Shown here in pieces: positions 1-8,619 of a DNA stretch of 37,030 nucleotides. Made by a program: the position numbers and the translations under genes. The stretch is from Sandaracinaceae bacterium. Its GTDB lineage: Bacteria; Myxococcota_A; Polyangia; Polyangiales; Sandaracinaceae. The stretch lies in the NCBI GenBank assembly GCA_044220955.1, contig JBGAQA010000066.1, positions 1-37,030 on the forward strand. Direction: 5' to 3'. Numbering within the stretch: the stretch's first letter is position 1; every line of letters starts with the position of its first letter. A model generated the notes under the pieces. It saw nothing but the letters and a program-made list of their open reading frames with translations, did no database searches and was not told the DNA's origin.

Positions 1-36
1 CAGCTCGCCGATCACGTCGTCTCGTTCCAGCCGTAG
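1..36 (+). CDS. 3' end of a CDS entering from the left edge (…QLADHVVSFQP*)
   Basis: Frame-1 codons all end in G/C except one and finish at TAG 34-36; too short to assign. Confidence 0.4.
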   Translation, partial: QLADHVVSFQP

Positions 37-190
37 TGCTCACAGGAGTGTCTCGCCGCTGCCGGCTGCTCGGACACCGACGGCCCCGAGGGCGTGACGG
101 CGGCGGGGCCTCCGCGGGCTCGGACGCGGCCACCTCGACGGGCGACGCCGGCAGCACGTCCCGCCATCGCGCTGCGGTATGCTCGGCATC

Positions 191-514
191 GTGAGGACTT
201 GCGCGGCGTGGATCTCGGCCGCCCTCGCGGTCGCCGGGTGCGCGGTCGATTCAGCCCGAGGCGATGTAGGCGTCGATCTCGACGTGTCGGTCAGCGGGAG
301 CTGCGTCGACATGCTGCCCGTGCTCATGGAAGCACGCCGCAGCTGCGCGACCCTGGGCTGCACGACGAGCGTCCCGTGCGGACCGAGCTTCGGGCACTGC
401 GGGGAGTGCTTCTACGCGTACAGCTGCGTCATGGGGGTCGTGGTCGTCCGCGCCAACGGCGTGCAGTGCGATACCGGCGTCGGCCGGTTCGACGCCGGGC
501 TCGATGCGCCGTAG
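191..514 (+). CDS. Small Cys-rich putative lipoprotein
   Basis: Hydrophobic stretch ending LAVAG-C (lipobox-like), several Cys, C-terminal DAGLDAP. GTG 191 chosen because TATGCT (178-183) lies 7 nt upstream; the alternative is ATG 179. Confidence 0.6.
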   Translation: MRTCAAWISAALAVAGCAVDSARGDVGVDLDVSVSGSCVDMLPVLMEARRSCATLGCTTSVPCGPSFGHCGECFYAYSCVMGVVVVRANGVQCDTGVGRFDAGLDAP

Positions 515-622
515 GTCGGACGCTCGCCGCGCGCGCCGCGTCCGTGTGGCCTGCCAGCGCTACCATCGCTGAGCCGGTTGCCGGTCACCGAGCGGGCGGC
601 ACAGCGCGGCGCAGAAAACCGT

Positions 623-638
623 CGGCACGCTCGATGCT
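623..638 (+). promoter_or_regulatory. Putative sigma54 -24/-12 promoter
   Basis: CGGCACGCTCGATGCT: GG(624-625)-N10-GC(636-637) with a GGCACG core; predicted +1 near 649, ATG at 651. Confidence 0.55.
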
Positions 639-650
639 CCCGGCCCCGGC

Positions 651-1646
651 ATGCGTCGCCTCCCGCTCTTCCTCGCTCTCCTCGTCCCACTCGCCGCCGC
701 CGGCTGTGCGGACACCCACGGCCTCGACGTCGACTCCGGCCCGATGGGCGACGGCGGGTGCGGCGGCGGCTCGCCGCTCATCTGCGTGAGCTCGTGCGGC
801 GGCGACGCGGGGCTCTCCCCCATCTGCACGGCGGCGGGTTGGGCCTGTCCGCCGGGGACGCGCGACCTCTCGACGTGTCCGCCGACCTGCCACGGTCCGC
901 CGCCCTCCTCCGCCTGCGTGTGCCGCGGGACCAGCTGGAGCTGCCCGAGCGCCGCGTGCCCGACGGACTTCAACCCGTGGGACCCCCCCGATCCGCGCTC
1001 GGCCTGTGGGCCCGAGGGCTCGACGTGCTCGAGCGGCGGCACCGACCCGTGCAGCTCCGCCATGTCGTGCACGTGCACGAGCGGGCACTGGAACTGCGCC
1101 ATCGCCGAGGCCGACCCGGTGTGCTGGTGCGGCCGGCAGCCGAGCGAGGGTGATCGCTGCGTCGAAGAGGGCGCGAGCTGCGGCGAGTGCTGCCCGACGC
1201 CTGGCGGCACGGGGTGGCCGGCCATGCAGTGCGCCGGCGGTCACTGGACCGCTGCGGCGTGCCCGCCGGTCGTGTGCCCGCCGCTGCCCGCCCCCGAGTG
1301 CCCGGCTCAGGCCCTGACCTTGCTCGGCCTCGCTTGCTCGGTGGAGGGCGCGCAGTGCGGCGATCCGTGCTGCAGCGACTCGACGAGCTGCCACGGCGGC
1401 GTCTGGATCCGTGGACCGGAGGCGGACTGCGCGCTCTGCAGCGAGTACGCGTGCGGGCCAGGCCTGTGCCGCGCCGACCAGACGTGTACGTCCCGCTGCG
1501 GTCCCGCCGACGGCATCGAGTTCGTCTGCGCACCGCGCGATCCCGGCTGCAGCGACTGCAGCTGCGTCCCCGTCGGGCCGAGCCAGCGCTGTGAGATGAT
1601 CGACGGGCACCCGAACGTGGTCGACGTCGGGTTCTGCGCGCTCTGA
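651..1646 (+). CDS. Extremely Cys-rich lipoprotein (331 aa)
   Basis: Signal MRRLPLFLALLVPLAAAG-C; repeated small modules such as CxCxxxxWxC and EGxxCxxxCC; strong GC3 bias. Confidence 0.85.
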   Translation: MRRLPLFLALLVPLAAAGCADTHGLDVDSGPMGDGGCGGGSPLICVSSCGGDAGLSPICTAAGWACPPGTRDLSTCPPTCHGPPPSSACVCRGTSWSCPSAACPTDFNPWDPPDPRSACGPEGSTCSSGGTDPCSSAMSCTCTSGHWNCAIAEADPVCWCGRQPSEGDRCVEEGASCGECCPTPGGTGWPAMQCAGGHWTAAACPPVVCPPLPAPECPAQALTLLGLACSVEGAQCGDPCCSDSTSCHGGVWIRGPEADCALCSEYACGPGLCRADQTCTSRCGPADGIEFVCAPRDPGCSDCSCVPVGPSQRCEMIDGHPNVVDVGFCAL

Positions 1647-1720
1647 CCGGCGCGGGCCGCCCTCCGATCCGGGGGTTTGGCAGACGCCCCGGGCACGGAT
1701 ACGCTTCCGTCCCTAGGCGC

Positions 1721-3214
1721 ATGCCGATCCTCACGCCCGAAGAACGCGTCGGCTCCACGATGGCGGGGAAGTACCGCCTCGACGGGATCCTCGCGACCGG
1801 CGGGATGGCGACGGTCTTCGCCGGCGTGCACGCGTGGACCGAGCGCGAGGTCGCCGTGAAGATCCTCAACTACGAGCACGCGCGTGATCCCGAGATCGTT
1901 CGGCGCTTCCTGCAGGAGGCGCGTGCCGCAGCGCAGCTGAAGCACCCCAACGTCGTCGACGTGCTCGACATGGGACAGGACACGGACGGGACCGTGTACC
2001 TGGTGCTCGAGCGCCTTCACGGCGAGACGCTCAAGGCGCGCATGAAGCGCGGCACGCTCAGCCTGCGCGAGGTGGGCGCCACGCTCTTGCCCGTGATGCG
2101 CGGGGTCGCGAGCGCGCACGCGAAGAAGGTCGTCCACCGCGACCTGAAGCCGGACAACATCTTCCTCGCGAGCGGCGAGGGAGGTGTGGTGACGCCGAAG
2201 CTGCTCGACTTCGGGATCGCGAAGGTCGCGAGCGGCGACTCGGGCTCCACGCGCACCGGGCTCATGGTCGGGACCCCGTCGTACATGTCGCCCGAGCAGG
2301 TCCGCGGAGAGCGCGACGTCGGCCCGCGCGCGGACGTCTGGTCGATGGGCGTCGTGCTGCACGCGGCGCTGACGGGGCGCGTGCCCTTCGAGGGCGAGTC
2401 GAGCGCGGCCGTCCTCGCGCGCGTGATCACCGAGCGCGCGCGTCCGATCCTGACGATCGCGCCTGCGCTGCGGCCGAGCGTGGCGGCGGTCGTCGATCGC
2501 GCGCTCACGTTCGAGCCGGCGGAGCGCTTCGCCGACATGGGCGAGATGGTGCTCGCGCTCGAGACCGCGCTCGATGGTCCCTCCGAGGGCTCGCGGGCGC
2601 CCGGGGAGCGCGCCGCGCCGACGCCGGTCTCTCGCGCGCCGCTGCCGGCGATCGGCGGGTTCACCGACACGCCCACCGTGCAGCTCGACGCGCGCGACCT
2701 CGATCAACCGACCTCGCCAGCGCCCCCGGCCAGCGAGCAGAACGCGGCGATGCTGCCGGCGGCGACGCCGTTCGCGTGGGCCGCTGCCCCGGACGCCCCG
2801 CCGCCTCCGAGCGCGCCTTCGCGCCTCCCCTGGGTGGTCGGCGCGCTGGTCGCGGCGACCCTGGCGCTCGCCGGCGTGGGCTATGGCCTCGTGCGCACGG
2901 AGCCGACCGTCACGCCGCTCGCGGCGCCGGTCCCGGTGGCCTTGCCGCTGCCCAGCGCTGCGGGCGGGGCCGGCGAGGTGACGGGGACGGGAGCGAGCGA
3001 GAGCGAGAGCGAGAGCGGGAGCGAGAGCGCGCGTGGGGTCGACACCGTGAGCGCGACCGTCGCGCCCGACGCCGGCACGGGCGCGGCCGCCGAGACGCCT
3101 GCCGAGACGCCGCGCGTCCGCACGCCGCGCACGACGACGGAAGGCGCGGAGTCGCGCCCGCACGCCCCCCGCACGCCGCGGCGCGGAACCGGCGGCGCGC
3201 TGATCCTGCACTGA
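1721..3214 (+). CDS. Hanks-type Ser/Thr protein kinase with C-terminal TM helix
   Basis: GGMATV, VAVK, HRDLKPDN, DFG, GTPSYMSPEQ, DVWSMG; Pro-rich linker, TM WVVGALVAATLALAGVGYGLV, low-complexity tail. Confidence 0.96.
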   Translation: MPILTPEERVGSTMAGKYRLDGILATGGMATVFAGVHAWTEREVAVKILNYEHARDPEIVRRFLQEARAAAQLKHPNVVDVLDMGQDTDGTVYLVLERLHGETLKARMKRGTLSLREVGATLLPVMRGVASAHAKKVVHRDLKPDNIFLASGEGGVVTPKLLDFGIAKVASGDSGSTRTGLMVGTPSYMSPEQVRGERDVGPRADVWSMGVVLHAALTGRVPFEGESSAAVLARVITERARPILTIAPALRPSVAAVVDRALTFEPAERFADMGEMVLALETALDGPSEGSRAPGERAAPTPVSRAPLPAIGGFTDTPTVQLDARDLDQPTSPAPPASEQNAAMLPAATPFAWAAAPDAPPPPSAPSRLPWVVGALVAATLALAGVGYGLVRTEPTVTPLAAPVPVALPLPSAAGGAGEVTGTGASESESESGSESARGVDTVSATVAPDAGTGAAAETPAETPRVRTPRTTTEGAESRPHAPRTPRRGTGGALILH

Positions 3215-3228
3215 TCTATGATGCGCCG

Positions 3229-4173
3229 ATGGCCCGGTTCTCCTTCTCTCTCGTCCTGCTGCTCGTCCTGGCGTCCAGCGTGGCCGCGCAGGAGCCGACG
3301 GCCGAGCAGCTGATCGAGCACGGTGTCGCGCTGCGCGAGGACGGCCGCGACGAGGAGGCGCTCGCCATCTTCCGGCGCGCGTACGAGACGAGCGCGTCCG
3401 GGCAGGCGATGGCGCAGATCGCCCTCGCCGAGCACGCCCTCGGCCGGCTCGTGGACGCCGAGACGCACCTCGTCGCCGCCCTCGAGAGCACCACGGACCG
3501 CTTCGTCCGCCGCAACCGCGCGCTGCTCGATCAGGCGCTCGCCGAGATCCGCGGACAGCTGACCGATCTGACCCTCGCTGGCGGTGCCGCGGGAGCCGAG
3601 GTGCGCATCGACGACGTCGTCCGCGGCACGCTGCCGCTCGGGGGTACGATCCGCGTGCAGGCGGGCACGGCTCACGTCGAGGTGCGCGCCGAGGGCTACC
3701 TGCCCTTCACGCGCGAAGTGATCGTCAACGCCGGGACTCCGGTCACGCTCGCCGTCGCCCTCGAGCCGATCCCGGTCGCGCCCGCGGAGCCCGAGCCCGA
3801 GCCCGCGCTCGAGCCCGCGCCGCCGCCGGCGCCCGCCGCGACGTCGAGCTCCTGGATGTTGCCCACGGGGATCGCCCTCGCGGCCGCTGGCGTCGTCGGC
3901 GTGGGGATCGCGAGCGGCCTCATGGCCTGGCGCGAGGACAACGCGCGGGCGCGCCTGACGTGTGTGGACACCGACCCGGCGTGCCGCGCGCGCTACGGCA
4001 CGGCCGTCGACGCCGAGACCGCCGGAATCGCGACGTACGTCGTCTCGGGCCTGCTGGCCGCGGGCGGGGCCGTGTTGATCCTGCTCGACGCGCTCGGGCA
4101 CCCGAGCGGCGAGTCGCCCTCGGTCGCGTGTGCGCCGGGGGCACTCTCCTTCTCGTGCGGCGGCCGGTTCTGA
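3229..4173 (+). CDS. Secreted/membrane TPR + PEGA domain protein
   Basis: Signal peptide from ATG 3229; TPR-like helices (GVALREDGRDEEALAIFRRAY); PEGA-like GAEVRIDD…G…HVEVRAEGY; two TM segments; C-terminal GGRF. Confidence 0.85.
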   Translation: MARFSFSLVLLLVLASSVAAQEPTAEQLIEHGVALREDGRDEEALAIFRRAYETSASGQAMAQIALAEHALGRLVDAETHLVAALESTTDRFVRRNRALLDQALAEIRGQLTDLTLAGGAAGAEVRIDDVVRGTLPLGGTIRVQAGTAHVEVRAEGYLPFTREVIVNAGTPVTLAVALEPIPVAPAEPEPEPALEPAPPPAPAATSSSWMLPTGIALAAAGVVGVGIASGLMAWREDNARARLTCVDTDPACRARYGTAVDAETAGIATYVVSGLLAAGGAVLILLDALGHPSGESPSVACAPGALSFSCGGRF

Positions 4174-4191
4174 CCGACCGGCCGCGGCGCG

Positions 4192-5100
4192 TCAGGGCGC
4201 CTCGCACACGTAGGGCAGCGCCTGCGAGCAGAGCTGATCGGCCCAGAAGCCCGTGGTCGTCCGGATGCGGACGCAGGGCCCGTTGTGGTTGGGCTCGCCC
4301 GCCGCGAGGTCCCAGTGCGTGTACGTCGCGGCGCTCCCGTCGGTCCACACGTACGTGAAGAGCGGCGCGGTCCCCATCTCCATCAGGCCGATCCAGATCC
4401 CGGTGCCGAGGCCTCCCCCCGTGCCGAGGCCCATCGACTGTGCCTCTGCCTGGACGAACGCGTCCTCGGCGGCGTCGCCGATGTCGGCGAGGTGGTAGCC
4501 CACCGCGCCGCACGCTGCTGCGGCCGTGTCCCGCGCTGCGGTGGCGCCACAGAACAGGTACGCGTGCCCGGCGAAGCTCCGGGTCGTGCAGCCCATGCCG
4601 CAGGTGCTCCCGCCATCGTCGATGGCCCCGTTGCAGTCGTCGTCGAGCCCGTTGCAGCTCTCCGGGCGTCCGGGATGGACGTCGCGGTTGGTGTCGTCGC
4701 AGTCGCCTCCGCGATCGCGCCACGTGCCCATCGGTGGTGCGGTGCATGACATGATCGCGCCCGCGCTCGCGCCGTAGCTGTCGCGATCCACGTCGGGATA
4801 GTAGACCCTGCAGTTCGCGTCCAGCGCCGCCGCGTCGCTGCCGGCGTCCACCGTGGCGCTCGCGTCCTGTCCCGCGTCGCTCGCCGGGGCGTCGTTCGCC
4901 GCGTCCATCGGCGAGAACGCGTCCGGCATCGTCGCGTCCGGCGTCGTCGCGTCGGCCGTGGCGAACGCGTCGAGGCTCGCGTCGGTCGCCGTGCTCGCCG
5001 CGTCGTGGCGTCCGGCGTCGTCGCTCCCGGGATCGAGCGGGCGGATCGCCGTGCACCCACCGAAGAGGAACAGGAAGCCGCAGACCGCGCGGGAAGGCAT
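4192..5100 (-). CDS. Lipoprotein with MopE-like metal-binding repeat and C-terminal C-type lectin domain
   Basis: FLFLFGG-C signal; Asp/Ala linker; GDCDD…HPGRPESCNGLDDDCNGAIDDG; CTLD motifs IWIGL, WTDGS, YTHW, GEPN, C, WAD, C, YVCE. Confidence 0.85.
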   Translation of the reverse strand: MPSRAVCGFLFLFGGCTAIRPLDPGSDDAGRHDAASTATDASLDAFATADATTPDATMPDAFSPMDAANDAPASDAGQDASATVDAGSDAAALDANCRVYYPDVDRDSYGASAGAIMSCTAPPMGTWRDRGGDCDDTNRDVHPGRPESCNGLDDDCNGAIDDGGSTCGMGCTTRSFAGHAYLFCGATAARDTAAAACGAVGYHLADIGDAAEDAFVQAEAQSMGLGTGGGLGTGIWIGLMEMGTAPLFTYVWTDGSAATYTHWDLAAGEPNHNGPCVRIRTTTGFWADQLCSQALPYVCEAP

Positions 5101-5106
5101 GGCTCG

Positions 5107-5135
5107 ATGCTCGGCGCGACCGGTCGACGCGTCAA
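5107..5135 (-). promoter_or_regulatory. Putative sigma70-type promoter of the lectin gene (leaderless)
   Basis: Minus strand TTGACG (5135-5130)-N17-GAGCAT (5112-5107)-N6-ATG 5100. Confidence 0.5.
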
Positions 5136-5159
5136 GCGCGTGCGCTATCGTCCTGGGCG

Positions 5160-5891
5160 ATGCGCGACCTCGATGACGACCTCTTCGCCGACGTCGGGCC
5201 GCAAGCGTCGCGGCAGGAAGCCGAGACGCTCGTCTGCCCGGGCTGCGGCGCTCCGGTGCCCTTCGAGGCGCGGACCTGCGGCCACTGCCAGGCCGAGCTC
5301 GCGACCGTGCGCTGCTCGGTCTGCTTCGCGCTCGAGCGGACGGGCCGCAAGCACTGCAGCCACTGCGCCGGGCTGCTCGGGCTCGAGGGGGTCGAGGGCC
5401 CCTTCGGAGCGCGGTGCCCGCGCTGCGAGGGGAGCGAGCTCGTCGCCGTGATGGTGGGTCCGCACCGCGTCGGTGAGTGCATGCGCTGCACCGGGCTCTT
5501 CGTCGCGCACGCCGTGCTCGAGCACGTCACCAAGCGCACCGACGAGACGGCGGGGCTGCGGCTGCGCCCCCTCGCCGCGCCGCCGACGCAGCCGGACGTG
5601 ACCACCTACCTGAAGTGCCCGACGTGCTCGACGCACATGACGCGCCGCGGGTTCGCCGACCACTCGGGCGTGATCATCGACTACTGCAACGACCACGGCG
5701 TCTGGTTCGATCGCGACGAGCTCGCGCGCGTCCTGGAGTTCGTCGATGCCGGCGGGCTCGCGCGCAACGAGGAGCGCGCGCGGCGCGCCGCGATCGTGCG
5801 GAGGCGGGCGGGCGACCGCCGGATCGATCCCGACGACCTCGAGTCGTACGACATGGTCGCGTCGTTCCTGCGCTCGCTGCTGCGCCCCTGA
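5160..5891 (+). CDS. Multi zinc-ribbon protein (double zinc ribbon + two zf-TFIIB-like domains)
   Basis: CPGC/CGHC, CSVC/CSHC, CPRC/CMRC, CPTC/CNDH; GVWFDRDEL typical of zf-TFIIB. Confidence 0.88.
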   Translation: MRDLDDDLFADVGPQASRQEAETLVCPGCGAPVPFEARTCGHCQAELATVRCSVCFALERTGRKHCSHCAGLLGLEGVEGPFGARCPRCEGSELVAVMVGPHRVGECMRCTGLFVAHAVLEHVTKRTDETAGLRLRPLAAPPTQPDVTTYLKCPTCSTHMTRRGFADHSGVIIDYCNDHGVWFDRDELARVLEFVDAGGLARNEERARRAAIVRRRAGDRRIDPDDLESYDMVASFLRSLLRP

Positions 5892-5974
5892 GGGCGCTCG
5901 CGCAGAATCTGCGCGCCGCACGCAGGCCATGCGGCCTTGCCCGCCCCGCGCGGCGGTCCCGCGGCGCCTCCAGC

Positions 5975-5991
5975 TTGGCCGGCTACGTGCT
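5975..5991 (+). promoter_or_regulatory. Putative sigma54 -24/-12 promoter
   Basis: TTGGCCGGCTACGTGCT: GG(5977-5978)-N10-GC(5989-5990); predicted +1 near 6002, then GGAGG 6004-6008 and ATG 6015. Confidence 0.5.
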
Positions 5992-6014
5992 ACGGGGCGC
6001 ATCGGAGGCTCTCG

Positions 6015-6413
6015 ATGACGACTCGCCACGCTGCGCTCTGGATCGACCACAACGAGGCTCGCGCGCTCGCGCTCGAGCCCGATGGGACCGGCTTCCAAGA
6101 GCTCGCGCACGTGCACGCGCACGACACGCACACGCACCCCAAGAAGCTCGACGGCCACCGGCACCCCGTCGACGCGCGCTTCCTCGCCGACGTCGAGCGC
6201 GTCATCGCCGGCTGCGACGAGGTCGCCGTCTTCGGTCCCGGTCACGCCAAGGAAGAGCTCGTCCACCACCTCGAGCGGAGCGGTCCCGCGCTGCGCGCGC
6301 GCGTCGTGTCCGTCGCGCCCATCGATCGGATCACCGACGGCGAGCTGGCCGTGGCGGCGCGCGCATCGTTCGTCGCCGTCGATCGCATGCGTGGCGTTCA
6401 CGTGGCGCGCTGA
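6015..6413 (+). CDS. eRF1-domain-like 'translational machinery'/host-attachment family protein
   Basis: GGAGG RBS; WIDHxEAR, His-rich loop, FGPGHAKEEL, ITDGEL..AR..F, which are motifs of the small bacterial eRF1-2-like family. Confidence 0.75.
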   Translation: MTTRHAALWIDHNEARALALEPDGTGFQELAHVHAHDTHTHPKKLDGHRHPVDARFLADVERVIAGCDEVAVFGPGHAKEELVHHLERSGPALRARVVSVAPIDRITDGELAVAARASFVAVDRMRGVHVAR

Positions 6414-6440
6414 CCGGCCGAGCGGAAGAGGGAGGGCGTC

Positions 6441-7538
6441 ATGGAGATCCAAGTCCGTCAGCCGATCGTCGTGGGCGTGCCGCTCGACGACACCACGCCC
6501 GAGGTCGTCGCGGTCGCCGCGGCGCTCGGCCGCAAGCTCGGCACGGCCGTCGTGCCGGGGCACGCCATCGCGCCCTATCTCTTCCCCACCGCGCGGCACA
6601 CGAAGGCGGACGCCGACGCCGCCCGCGACGCGGTGAGCGCGGCGTTCGCGCCCTTCCTCGAGGAGCCCGGTCTCGAGGTGGCCGAGCCGGTCGTCGCCGA
6701 GTCGTCGCCCACGCCCTTCCTGCTCGATCTGGCCGACCGAACCCACGCGCAGATGCTCGTCGTCGGTGCGGGCCACGGCGCCACGATCGGCGGATGGTTG
6801 CTCGGCACCGTCGCCGACCGGGCGGTGCGCACGGCGCGCTGCCCGGTGTTCGTGGCGCGCGGTGCGATGCCGGGCCCGGACCGGCCGATCCTGTGCCCGA
6901 TCGACCTCACGCCGCACTCGAACCTCGGGCTCGAGGCCGCGCTGCGCATGGCCCGGCGCTTCGGGGCGCCGCTGCGCGTGCTGACCGTCCTGCCGCGGGC
7001 GCGCGGCGCGTCGATCGATGCGCTCGACGCCGAGGCGGAGAAGCTCGACCGCGCGACGCACGAGGAGGTCGAGCAGCTGATCCGGGCGCACGACGTGCGC
7101 GACGTGCCGCTCGAAGTGAAGGTCGTCGGCGGAAGTCCCGCCTCGGAGATCCTCGAGGCCTCCCGCCTCTGCTCGCTGGTGGTGCTCGCGAGCCGCGCGT
7201 TCGACCTGCTGGTGCCCGCGAGCGTCGGCGACGTCGCGAGCCGAGTCCTGCGGGAGTCCACCTGCGGCGTGCTCGCGATCCGCGATCGCGACCCGCACAT
7301 CGAGCTGCGCGAGAAGCAGCTGCGTCGCGTGGTCGAGCTGCGGGACGACGCGCGCCGGGCGCTGGAGGGGGGCGATCTCGAGCGCGCCGAGGGGGCGCTC
7401 CGCGTCGCGCAGACCATCCTGCCTGGACACGCAGCGCTGGAAGACGACCTCGCGGTGGTGCTCGACCGGGCCGGTCGTCCGGACGAGGCCAGCCGGCACC
7501 GCACGGTCGCGCGCATCCTGCGCGAGTTCCACTCCTGA
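6441..7538 (+). CDS. Tandem universal stress protein with C-terminal TPR-like extension
   Basis: GGAGG RBS; LLGTVADRAVRTARCPVFV, ILCPIDLTPHS, VGDVASRVLRESTCGVLAI; helical tail of about 75 aa. Confidence 0.9.
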   Translation: MEIQVRQPIVVGVPLDDTTPEVVAVAAALGRKLGTAVVPGHAIAPYLFPTARHTKADADAARDAVSAAFAPFLEEPGLEVAEPVVAESSPTPFLLDLADRTHAQMLVVGAGHGATIGGWLLGTVADRAVRTARCPVFVARGAMPGPDRPILCPIDLTPHSNLGLEAALRMARRFGAPLRVLTVLPRARGASIDALDAEAEKLDRATHEEVEQLIRAHDVRDVPLEVKVVGGSPASEILEASRLCSLVVLASRAFDLLVPASVGDVASRVLRESTCGVLAIRDRDPHIELREKQLRRVVELRDDARRALEGGDLERAEGALRVAQTILPGHAALEDDLAVVLDRAGRPDEASRHRTVARILREFHS

Positions 7539-7558
7539 ACGTCGCGCTACACTGGGGC

Positions 7559-8566
7559 ATGCGCGCCACGGTCGCTCTCGTGCTCCTGCTCGCCGGCTGC
7601 GGCGCTCCCGCCGGGGCTCCCGACGCCGGGCCGTCCGACGCGGGAACGGACGCGCGACGAGCCGACGTGGGTCCGCCCGATGCGGGCCCGCCGATCCTCG
7701 ATCCGGGGCTCTTCGACTGCACCAGCGCGGAGGTCACGACGGGGACGCCGTCCCCGCGCGTGAGCACGATCCCGGTCGCGTGCCTGCTCGACCCCGCGTG
7801 CCAGACGCCGATGGTCTCCGGCCACCGGGGGGCGGGTGGCCAGCTCGGGAGGATCGCGCCCGAGGACACGCTCGCCGCGTACCGCGCGGGCATCGCCCTG
7901 GGGATCGAATTCCTCGAGACGGATCCGCGCCCCACGCTCGACGGCGTGCTGGTCAACGTCCACGACACGACCGTCGATCGAACGACGGATGGCACCGGCA
8001 CCGTCGACCAGATGACCTTCGACGCGGTGCGCGCGCTCCACATCCGGACCACGCTGCCCGGGGACTACGGCTGCGAGCGCGTCCCGACGCTGCGCGAGAT
8101 CCTGGAGGTGGCGCGCGGGCGCGCGGTCGTGCTCGTCGACGCGAACAAGACGGATCGCGTCGACCTGCTCGTGCAGGCGATCCACGACGCGGACGCGCTC
8201 GAGTGGGCGATCTTCGACACCAGCAGCGTGGACAAGATCGACCGCGCGCTCGCCCTCGAGCCCGGCCTCCACTTCATGATCCGGCCTGCGACGGCGGACA
8301 TCACGACGCAGCTCGATCACTTCGCGCCGCGCGTGCCCTCGATCGTGGAGCTCGATCCCGGCGATGTGGGGACGGGCGCGCCCATGGTGCACGCGCGCGG
8401 GACGCGCGTGCTCACCGATCAGTTCCAGTTCGACGTGCTCGCGGACGTCTCGAACGGCGCGAACGTGGCCGGCTACGGGACCTCTCTCGACATGGGCGTG
8501 GACATCCTGCAGACCGACCGGCCCGACCTCGCGCTCCGCGTCTTGCGCATGCGTGGCGCGCGCTGA
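7559..8566 (+). CDS. Glycerophosphodiester phosphodiesterase family lipoprotein
   Basis: LVLLLAG-C lipobox; SGHRG, PEDTLAAY, ETDPRPTLDGVLVNVHD, VPTLREIL, LQTDRP. Confidence 0.9.
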   Translation: MRATVALVLLLAGCGAPAGAPDAGPSDAGTDARRADVGPPDAGPPILDPGLFDCTSAEVTTGTPSPRVSTIPVACLLDPACQTPMVSGHRGAGGQLGRIAPEDTLAAYRAGIALGIEFLETDPRPTLDGVLVNVHDTTVDRTTDGTGTVDQMTFDAVRALHIRTTLPGDYGCERVPTLREILEVARGRAVVLVDANKTDRVDLLVQAIHDADALEWAIFDTSSVDKIDRALALEPGLHFMIRPATADITTQLDHFAPRVPSIVELDPGDVGTGAPMVHARGTRVLTDQFQFDVLADVSNGANVAGYGTSLDMGVDILQTDRPDLALRVLRMRGAR

Positions 8567-8619
8567 TCACGCCCGAGGTCGTGCTCGGTCGCCGTGCGCG
8601 TCCGGACCGAGCGCCCGGC

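Noticed and set aside
1..36. DsrE-like C-terminus (ADHVVSF)
   Set aside because: Only 11 residues are visible, which is not enough to assign a family.
517..544. Inverted repeat CGGACGC…GCGTCCG after the first lipoprotein as a terminator
   Set aside because: Short stem, long loop and no U-tract; such stems are common by chance at this GC content.
1691..1705. sigma54-like GGCACGGATACGCT before the kinase
   Set aside because: The GGCAC core gives GG-N9-GC spacing; not canonical.
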